From assembly GCA_021796215.1 (NCBI GenBank), contig JAJYOK010000006.1, forward strand, positions 201 through 64,200: a stretch of 64,000 nt of DNA, read 5' to 3'. Below the pieces are notes generated by a model. The model saw only the letters and a list, made by a program, of their open reading frames with translations, had not been told where the DNA came from and ran no database searches. A program made the translations under genes and the position numbers. This document shows, one piece after another, positions 53,715 through 61,101 of the stretch. Source of the DNA: Bacteroidota bacterium. Its GTDB lineage: Bacteria > Bacteroidota > Ignavibacteria > UBA10030 > UBA8401. Every line of letters starts with the position of its first letter. The first letter of the stretch is position 1.

Positions 53715-54827
53715 TCAATTATTCAGCCGGACCGGCATAACCAACATCAACACATCCTCGCCTTCTTTTTGTTTATGAGGCAGAATAATTCCGGCGCGCG
53801 TCGGAGAATTGAGGTGGAATACAACTTCCTCTGATTCGATGTGTGTAAGAATGTCGGAGACGTAGTTGGAATTGAATCCTATTTCCATTGGTTCGGCGGA
53901 GTAGTTGCATGGAATTGTTTCCTTAGCCTCGCTGCCAAAATCAATGTCTTCCGCTGCAATAGAAATCTCGTCGTTTTTTATACTCATACGGATTTGATGT
54001 GTTGTTGAACTGGAATATAGTGACACTCTCCGAACCGACGATAACAGTTGATTTGTGCTGACGGTAAGATGTTTTTCGTTGTCCTGTGGAATAACAGATT
54101 CGTAGTTGGGATAATTTTCTTCTATTAGCCGTGACACCAGTGTAGTTCCTTGAAATTGGAACATGGCATGAGAATCGTTTACATAAATTTTAATAATGCC
54201 TTCTTCGTTGAACTTTGCAACAAGGTTTAATGCTTTTGCCGGAATAACAATGTCTTTCTTAAATTTTGTTTTCAGTGCTTTGTTTTTGGTGCGAACAAGG
54301 CGGTGTCCATCTGTTGCAACCGCACAAAGCTCAGCGTTCTTCACTTGAAAAAGTATACCCATCATCGCCGGGCGAAGCTCATCGGTGCTCACTGCAAACG
54401 ATGTCTTGTTAATAAGACGGCGCAGCGCATCAATATCTATTTCAATTTCGTTGTCTGTTTTAAATTGCGGCGTTGTAGGAAATTCGTCGCTAGGTTCACC
54501 GGTTAAAGCATATTCACCGTTTTCAGTAACCATCTTAATTTTGTTGTTTTCCGTATCAACAGAAAACATTATTTTCGTATCCGGCAGCGCCTTTATCGTA
54601 TCAATTATTCTTTTTGCCGGAACTGCAATTTTTCCATTCTCCATTCCGGAAACTTGTACGTCCACAGACATTGCAATTTCAAGATCGGTCGCAGTGATTT
54701 TTAATATATTTCCAACAACATCAAAAAGGAGATTTTCCAAAATTGGGAGGGTCGAACGTGTTGGAACAACGCCGCTCACTTTCATTAAAGCTTTTTGCAA
54801 CTCACTGCTAGATACATGAAATTTCAT
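53715..54827 (-). CDS. dnaN: DNA polymerase III beta subunit (sliding clamp)
   Basis: MKFHVSSSELQKALMKVSGVVPTRSTLPILENLLF is the canonical DnaN N-terminus. AAGGAG SD 6 nt upstream of ATG 54827. 370 aa. Confidence 0.9.
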   Translation of the reverse strand: MKFHVSSSELQKALMKVSGVVPTRSTLPILENLLFDVVGNILKITATDLEIAMSVDVQVSGMENGKIAVPAKRIIDTIKALPDTKIMFSVDTENNKIKMVTENGEYALTGEPSDEFPTTPQFKTDNEIEIDIDALRRLINKTSFAVSTDELRPAMMGILFQVKNAELCAVATDGHRLVRTKNKALKTKFKKDIVIPAKALNLVAKFNEEGIIKIYVNDSHAMFQFQGTTLVSRLIEENYPNYESVIPQDNEKHLTVSTNQLLSSVRRVSLYSSSTTHQIRMSIKNDEISIAAEDIDFGSEAKETIPCNYSAEPMEIGFNSNYVSDILTHIESEEVVFHLNSPTRAGIILPHKQKEGEDVLMLVMPVRLNN

Positions 54828-55281
54828 TAGTGTCTCCTTTCCCAAGGTGGAATTTTGATTTTTGAAGACTTGGTGGCTTTGAAATTGTATGGGTAAATAT
54901 ACTAAAAATACTACCTAGTTTCAAGGTAATTTTTTCCTATAATTTTATAAAAGATAAAGACTTATAGGTATTTATAATAAATATGTACATATATATTTAG
55001 AATAGTAATAAGGGGTGTGAATATGTTGATAAATAAATTTGATTTCAAAATTATAAAGCAATCTAAAGGAATTATTGAGAAGATATTTTTAAAATTGATG
55101 TTAGTTTGATGTTTTTAACCGGAAAGATATTAACATAAAAAAAACTTTTTGTGAAGAATAAACGAAAGATAAACGATAATAACATTTCACAAACACCTAC
55201 AAACAAGATTTCAACAAAGTGGTGTGAATAAAAAAGTCCCGCTTAGCGAGACTTTTATTATACAAGAAACTATGAGATATT
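54828..55281. promoter_or_regulatory. AT-rich dnaA-dnaN intergenic region: candidate oriC half with DnaA-box-like sites and DNA-unwinding element; dnaN promoter
   Basis: 454 bp, visibly AT-rich (not counted). TGTGAATAT at 55016-55024 and TGTGAATAA at 55223-55231, both TGTGNATAA-type. Repeated AAGATAAA/GATAAACGA motifs and A/T tracts. Confidence 0.45.
55231..55258 (-). terminator. bidirectional rho-independent terminator at the dnaA 3-prime end
   Basis: agtcccgc-ttag-cgagact hairpin flanked by an A-run on one side and a T-run on the other. Confidence 0.55.
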
Positions 55282-56733
55282 TTAACGAATTGTATTTTCT
55301 ATTTTTCTTTTTATTGACTGTAGGGTATCGCGGTATTTTGTGTCAAGCTTCAATTGATCCTCTACGGATTGATATGCATGGATGACTGTGCTATGGTCGC
55401 GTCCGCCAAAATGTAAGCCAATAGTTTTAAGAGAACAGTTGGTCATCTCTTTTGCAAGATACATTGCAATCTGCCGCGCGTTCACGATTTCTTGTTTCCG
55501 CGTTTTTGCGCGCAATAAATCAACAGGTAAATCGAAGAATTCGGCAACGAGGCGCTGAATTTCTTCAACATTGATAGGCGATCGCACATCGCTGACGACA
55601 AGCCGAAGCACATCGCGCGCCAAGTCAATATTGATCTCGCGGTTTTCAAGAGATGCTTTTGCAAGAAGGCTGATCAAACATCCCTCAAGTTCTCGGATAT
55701 TCGATGTGACATTTGCTGCAATAAAATCTAAAACTTCCTGTGGAACATCAATATGATCGTCTTCGCTTTTTTTCCTCAGAATAGCCGTGCGGGTTTCAAG
55801 ATCCGGCGGCTGAATATCTGCAGTTAAACCCCACTGAAAGCGGGAAATTAGCCGCTCATCCAAACCGCGAAGTTCTTTGGGTGGTTTATCAGAGGAAAGT
55901 ACAATTTGCTTTCCTTCCTGGTGAAGGGTGTTGAAAGTATGGAAAAAACTGTCTTGTGTTTTTTCTTTTCCTGCAAAGAATTGAATGTCGTCAACTATCA
56001 GTAAATCCATACTGCGGTAGTAATTGGAAAAATCGCGCATCGTATCAGCGCCAATTGCATCAACGAAATCAATGGTAAATTTTTCACTTGAAACATAACA
56101 AACACGTTTTGACTTTCCATTTTCCAAAGCGTAGTTGCCAATAGCTTGGATAAGATGTGTCTTTCCCAGACCAGTACCACCATAAATAACAAGAGGATTA
56201 AATGACGTTCCCCCAGGGTTATTCCCTACAGCCAAAGCTGCTGCGCGCGCAAGCTGATTGCTGTCTCCTTTGATAAAATTGTTAAAAATGTAGCGCGGAT
56301 TCAGATAGGTTTTTACCGGCTGAAGATTGTCATGCTTTGAAGATGCCGGCGAGTCTCCCGGGCTTTTTCCATTATGAGATTCAGCGATAACATGAATAGA
56401 TTGCTGTTGAACTAAAGGCACCACATCGGTTGCCCCCTCTTCATCCGGCGGAATGACAACATACGTCAGCCGAGCCTCTCCGCCAATAATTTGAGCGAGA
56501 GTGTTTTTGATCAACACGTAATAATGCTCCTCCAGCCATTCGTAAAAAAACTGGCTGGGTACCTGAACACTCAATTCACCATTCTCAAAACTTATTGCCT
56601 TAATCGGTTCGAACCACGTTTTATAACTTAGACTTGCAATTTGCTGCTGGATCAGAGCTAGGCACTCTGACCACAACCGCTCTGCCTCTTTAGGTGCGAC
56701 AGAGCTCACAAGAGACATCACTGGATTTTCCAT
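55282..56733 (-). CDS. dnaA: chromosomal replication initiator protein DnaA
   Basis: Walker A GGTGLGKTHLIQA, box VII/sensor motifs. C-terminal domain IV EIVNARQIAMYLAKEMT...IGLHFGGRDHSTVIHA. Confidence 0.95.
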   Translation of the reverse strand: MENPVMSLVSSVAPKEAERLWSECLALIQQQIASLSYKTWFEPIKAISFENGELSVQVPSQFFYEWLEEHYYVLIKNTLAQIIGGEARLTYVVIPPDEEGATDVVPLVQQQSIHVIAESHNGKSPGDSPASSKHDNLQPVKTYLNPRYIFNNFIKGDSNQLARAAALAVGNNPGGTSFNPLVIYGGTGLGKTHLIQAIGNYALENGKSKRVCYVSSEKFTIDFVDAIGADTMRDFSNYYRSMDLLIVDDIQFFAGKEKTQDSFFHTFNTLHQEGKQIVLSSDKPPKELRGLDERLISRFQWGLTADIQPPDLETRTAILRKKSEDDHIDVPQEVLDFIAANVTSNIRELEGCLISLLAKASLENREINIDLARDVLRLVVSDVRSPINVEEIQRLVAEFFDLPVDLLRAKTRKQEIVNARQIAMYLAKEMTNCSLKTIGLHFGGRDHSTVIHAYQSVEDQLKLDTKYRDTLQSIKRKIENTIR

Positions 56734-57203
56734 AGACGATTGAATAAGAGTGAGACGCGACTTATGAACACGTTATTAATAGTTATCAACATATTTATGC
56801 ACATGAGCGCAACACCGAAATTAAGGGTTTGTAGCAATTTCCAAAATTATACACATGAAAGGAACGTGCGTAAGCTATTGATTTCTTTGAAGCAAAAACT
56901 CTTATAGACACCTTATCAACAGTTCTTCCACAGGTAAAATATAACAACAAATATTGGATAAAAAAGCATACTTCTTCTGCAAGAAGTTTATCCACAAATT
57001 ATTAACCATGCAATAATGAATACATGGGAAATAGATTATACAACATCAACACAAGCATTGTCAAGAGAAAAATTACATAATGGAGAAATTTCTTGTTTCT
57101 CATCCGCTTTTTTTTTATTTTCATTTGCTACGTACTTTAAGATTGCAAGGATTGCCGTTACCATGGCAACCCTTTTTTGTTTTCAACAACACGGAGAACG
57201 AGA
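56734..57203. promoter_or_regulatory. dnaA upstream region with array of same-orientation DnaA boxes (candidate oriC half and dnaA promoter; also rpmH promoter)
   Basis: Perfect TTATCCACA at 56988-56996. TTATNCACA-type TTATACACA at 56848-56856. One-mismatch TTATCAACA at 56783 and 56913, and TTATAGACA at 56902. All on the same strand, spaced about 55-75 bp. Confidence 0.5.
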
Positions 57204-57350
57204 ATGAAACGAACATATCAGCCGCACCGCCGTAAACGCAAAAACACACACGGCTTTCGTGCGCGAATGTCAACAAAAAACGGCAGGAAAGTTCTTTCTA
57301 GCCGCCGTGCAAAGGGCCGTCACAAATTAACTGTGAGCGACGAGCATTGA
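57204..57350 (+). CDS. rpmH: 50S ribosomal protein L34
   Basis: [48 protein letters not shown] is canonical L34. GGAG SD. Below the ORF-track length cutoff. Confidence 0.85.
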   Translation: MKRTYQPHRRKRKNTHGFRARMSTKNGRKVLSSRRAKGRHKLTVSDEH

Positions 57351-57416
57351 TTCGTTTCACAGATTCATCCATGCACGCAAATTCTTTACCGTCCCCGAGA
57401 GAAAGGGGCAAACGGT

Positions 57417-57854
57417 GTGCGACAGACACTTCGAAAATCTGAGATTCTCAGCGGTTACCAATCATTCGAACAAGTTCTCCAGAACGGCGTATGTGTGCGA
57501 GGAAGTTTCTTGCACTGTTTTGTTCTTGTTGAAAATCCGTTTGAGACAGCGCACGCATCACGCAAACCGCCATTGAGCAGAAATAGAAAATCTCCCCTGT
57601 GTGTTGGCTTTGCAGTGCCGAAAAAACGCGTGCCGCTTGCAACAAAGAGAAACCGCGTAAGACGATTGATGCGTGAAGTGTTTAGAAAGAATAAAGAGCA
57701 ATTGTACAACACGCTTGATGCATGCCGCCGGACTTCCATTGTTGTGGTGTACCGCGGAGAAAAAGAAGCGGTCTCAAAAATTTCGTACGCCGACGTAGAG
57801 CGCGAGTGGAAAGAACTCATTCCACAAATCATTGCAGCGGAGCAATGCAAATGA
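57417..57854 (+). CDS. rnpA: ribonuclease P protein component
   Basis: Basic about 145-aa protein immediately after rpmH in the conserved rpmH-rnpA-yidD-yidC order, carrying the RNR-like motif [11 protein letters not shown]. Confidence 0.75.
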   Translation: MRQTLRKSEILSGYQSFEQVLQNGVCVRGSFLHCFVLVENPFETAHASRKPPLSRNRKSPLCVGFAVPKKRVPLATKRNRVRRLMREVFRKNKEQLYNTLDACRRTSIVVVYRGEKEAVSKISYADVEREWKELIPQIIAAEQCK

Positions 57855-58063
57855 AGCAAGTTATGATTATTCTAATACGTGTGTATCAGATGTTGATATC
57901 GCCGCTTCTCCCGGCAAACACCTGCAGATTTCACCCGACGTGTTCGAATTATTCCATAGAAGCATTCCGTAAATACGGCTTTTGGAAAGGGTGGCTGCTG
58001 ACAATAAAACGTATTTCTAAATGTCATCCCTGGCACGAAGGCGGATATGACCCGGTTCGTTAA
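57845..58063 (+). CDS. yidD: membrane protein insertion efficiency factor YidD
   Basis: [36 protein letters not shown] is the canonical YidD motif. The start overlaps the rnpA stop; the ORF-track 57722 start is an artefactual extension. Confidence 0.75.
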   Translation: MQMKQVMIILIRVYQMLISPLLPANTCRFHPTCSNYSIEAFRKYGFWKGWLLTIKRISKCHPWHEGGYDPVR

Positions 58064-58104
58064 TCACACAAAGAAATTGACTTACAGTGGAGGCAATAAA
58101 TTGA

Positions 58105-59928
58105 ATGGATAGACAGACAACACTTGGTTTTGTTCTTATCGCTGTCGTATTAATGATCTGGATGTGGTGGTCTGCGCCAAAACCTACGCCGCCATCAGCC
58201 AACGGCACAAAAACCACAGCCGCTTTAGACTCGTCGAAGCAGAATCAGACGCCGCATCCTGCCGCCATTTCGCGCGCGCAGGAAACTCCAAACACCTCAG
58301 CACAGCCGGCATCATCAGAGGCGCTGCAAGATTCACTCGGAAAATATTTTTCTGAAACGGCAGTCGGCAGTGAGCGAACCATCACAATCGAAACCGACAA
58401 CTATATTGCCGAGGTGTCTACTCGTGGCGGCGTCATCAAGAAATGGAAACTGAAGAAATACAAAACGTGGAGCCAAGCCCCGGTGGAATTAGTACAGAAC
58501 AACAAAAGCGGAGATTTCAGTTTGTTGTTTACATCGTCAGACGGTAAGTTGATTGATACGCGCAATCTTTATTTTCAAACGGATGCGCCATCGTCATATG
58601 TTCATCTTTCCGGCAATAAAGAATTCAAAATTGATTTTATTTTGAAGGCGGGTTCGGGACGCATTATCAAAACGCTGACATTCAAAAACGGAACATACAC
58701 CTTCGATGCCGATTTTCAATTTGATAAGATGGAAAGCATCATTGCAAATTATGAATATCAGGTTGTGTGGGAAGACGGTTTGCGATATGCTGAATACAAC
58801 AGTGTTGATGAATCCCGTTATTCAAAAGCATATTCGTACGCAGGCGGAGAAGTAACCGACATTGATGCTTCAAAGGAAGGCGAAACACCGGTTTCCAACA
58901 CCACCGGAACCACTGAATGGGTTGCCAGCACAACAAAATATTTCGGCGTTGCCCTTCTTACGCGTGACAAGAAGGCAAACGGCGCATATCTCGAAGGCGA
59001 ACATTTAAAAGAGCCGGACAACGGCATTGTGAAACGATATTCAATCGCACTAAAAATGCCGTTTCAAAATCCGGGCGATGATCATGTTACACTCAGGGTA
59101 TTTCTTGGTCCGCTCGATTTCAATCTCGTTAAGGGAACCGCTCCGGGGTTAGATAACATCATTAGCTTGGGCTGGTCGTGGCTGCGCCCGATTACAGAAT
59201 ATGTCTTCATTCCGCTGTTTCGGTTCCTTCACTCATTCATTTCAAATTTCGGCATCGTTATCATCGTCTTCTCGATCATCGTAAAAGTTGCGCTGAATCC
59301 GCTGACAAAGAGCAGCATGAAATCAATGAAAAGAATGCAGTCGCTTCAGCCATTGATGGAAGAAATCCGCGCGAAATATAAAAGCGATCCGGCGAAGATG
59401 AACGAGCAAGTGATGAAGCTGTACCGCGACTACGGTGTTAATCCTGCGGGCGGGTGTCTGCCGATGCTGCTTCAAATGCCGATTCTGTATGCGCTGTATG
59501 CAGTCTTTACCAATTCCATAGAACTGCGTCAGGCGAATTTCTTCTGGTGGATTACCGATCTTTCCAATCCCGATCCGATTGTGCACTTGCCGTTCACGAT
59601 TCCGTTTGTCGGAATGCATGAAATTTCCGGATTAGCATTGTTCATGGCGATTACAATGTTCATTCAGCAGAAGATGACGGTGAAAGATCCGCGTCAGAAA
59701 ACAATGATCTGGATGATGCCGGTAATGATGATGCTTATCTTCAACAATCTGCCGTCGGGATTGAACCTGTATTATTTTGTCTTCAACATTCTTTCAATCG
59801 GGCAGCAGCTTCTCATCAATAAGCAGCACGACAAAGAGCCGCTGCAAAAAGTCACGCCGAAAAAACGACCGCGGTCGTTAATGGATGCGCTCTCACGCAA
59901 TCTTGCCGAGAAATCGAAACGGAAGTAA
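58105..59928 (+). CDS. yidC: membrane protein insertase YidC
   Basis: 607 aa. N-terminal TM, large periplasmic domain. Conserved C-terminal TM core (GCLPMLLQMPILYALYAVF...). Confidence 0.9.
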   Translation: MDRQTTLGFVLIAVVLMIWMWWSAPKPTPPSANGTKTTAALDSSKQNQTPHPAAISRAQETPNTSAQPASSEALQDSLGKYFSETAVGSERTITIETDNYIAEVSTRGGVIKKWKLKKYKTWSQAPVELVQNNKSGDFSLLFTSSDGKLIDTRNLYFQTDAPSSYVHLSGNKEFKIDFILKAGSGRIIKTLTFKNGTYTFDADFQFDKMESIIANYEYQVVWEDGLRYAEYNSVDESRYSKAYSYAGGEVTDIDASKEGETPVSNTTGTTEWVASTTKYFGVALLTRDKKANGAYLEGEHLKEPDNGIVKRYSIALKMPFQNPGDDHVTLRVFLGPLDFNLVKGTAPGLDNIISLGWSWLRPITEYVFIPLFRFLHSFISNFGIVIIVFSIIVKVALNPLTKSSMKSMKRMQSLQPLMEEIRAKYKSDPAKMNEQVMKLYRDYGVNPAGGCLPMLLQMPILYALYAVFTNSIELRQANFFWWITDLSNPDPIVHLPFTIPFVGMHEISGLALFMAITMFIQQKMTVKDPRQKTMIWMMPVMMMLIFNNLPSGLNLYYFVFNILSIGQQLLINKQHDKEPLQKVTPKKRPRSLMDALSRNLAEKSKRK

Positions 59929-59949
59929 GCAAATGGCAGCAAAATAAAA

Positions 59950-59984
59950 ATGCCGGGCGTATAACGCCCCGGCATTTTTTTTTG
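59950..59984 (+). terminator. rho-independent (bidirectional) terminator after yidC
   Basis: atgccgggcg-tataa-cgccccggcat stem-loop followed by TTTTTTTTT, with an A-run upstream so it also serves the convergent 60001 gene. Confidence 0.7.
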
Positions 59985-60000
59985 GGAAGAATTTTTATTT

Positions 60001-60813
60001 TTACACCGCCGCTGCTTTTGATTCAGCATGTTTTTGAGCCGCTTCACCCAACCATCCGCCGAGCAAAGAAAGAATGAACCCGCCCGCCAAACCAATGACG
60101 ATATATGTTACCGGAATATCATCAGCGCCGAAACCATAATAAAGAGAAAAGAAATTGAGGATAACGCCTAACACACCGGCTAATGCGGCTTCAAGAATAG
60201 TGACGCCGGGCGATTTGTAACCGACAATATATCCGGCTATGACAAAACTAATGCCGAGCGAAATCAAAATTCCAGCGACACCATACACAAGAAGCACAAA
60301 CAGTCCGAAGACCAGAATGTTATTCAGAATAAATCCGATAACCGTTCCCGCAACAACCCATGCCCATTCAAGTCCCACTGTCTTCTGAGTTAATTCCCCG
60401 CCAGACAACGGCGGGGTCTTCGACATTTGTTTAACGCGCTCCGCAGTGCCTTGCAGTTCTTCGCCAACCCACCCGCCGAGCAGCGCAAGAAGAAACCCGA
60501 CAATCGGTGCGGAGATCAATTGTCCCGCGGGCGGATTATAATCAAAAAGATAATGGAACAGCAGAAGGATAATAACCATTGCCAGCAAGCCGCCGATTGC
60601 CGGCTCACGGACGGTGTACCCTTCCGATTTGTATCCGATAATAATTCCCATAATAACGAACGATAACAATCCGATGAATGTGGGAATGTAATAGGTATGA
60701 AATGTTTCCGACATGATGTAAAAAAGAAATGTTGCCAGAACAACTCCAACAGTCGTTCCCGCAATTACCCAGCCCCATTCAAGTCCCCGTTTTTGAGAAG
60801 CTTCACCCGCCAT
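60001..60813 (-). CDS. hypothetical integral membrane protein with internal tandem duplication (two ~135-aa 4-TM modules)
   Basis: GGAGG SD before ATG 60813. Module 1 GLEWGWVIAGTTVGVVLATFLF...LLGGWVGEELQG. Module 2 GLEWAWVVAGTVIGFILNNILVF...LLGGWLGEAAQK. Confidence 0.55.
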   Translation of the reverse strand: MAGEASQKRGLEWGWVIAGTTVGVVLATFLFYIMSETFHTYYIPTFIGLLSFVIMGIIIGYKSEGYTVREPAIGGLLAMVIILLLFHYLFDYNPPAGQLISAPIVGFLLALLGGWVGEELQGTAERVKQMSKTPPLSGGELTQKTVGLEWAWVVAGTVIGFILNNILVFGLFVLLVYGVAGILISLGISFVIAGYIVGYKSPGVTILEAALAGVLGVILNFFSLYYGFGADDIPVTYIVIGLAGGFILSLLGGWLGEAAQKHAESKAAAV

Positions 60814-61101
60814 TGTTAACCTCCGTATTAAAAGTCCCTTTGGGACGATATCTGCACGTGACAACAAGCGGCGCATTAGGCAGCCGCATATCACGAGAAT
60901 TTCTCTAATTTGGTTAAGAAAGTCAAGACGGTATATCGTCTCGTATGTTGCGGTTTGATTTCTTCCTCACCAAAAAGATATAGCGACTTGGGCGGAAAGG
61001 TTCGACGCGCCTCTGAGGGGCTTGTCCGCTATGACTTTGCTTTTGAAATGTAACATTACTTGTTGCCTTCCATTACACGAAAAGCTATTTTTGTAGACAT
61101 T

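Noticed and set aside
54846-55281. AT-rich repeats considered as a possible CRISPR or tandem-repeat array
   Set aside because: No regular repeat-spacer periodicity and no direct repeats of 24 bp or more. Its position between dnaA and dnaN and its DnaA-box-like motifs fit an origin DUE or promoter region.
57722-57844. ORF-track start of yidD at 57722 (113 aa) overlapping most of the rnpA 3-prime half
   Set aside because: The conserved YidD core begins at [10 protein letters not shown] (57845). The upstream part is an out-of-frame read-through of rnpA.
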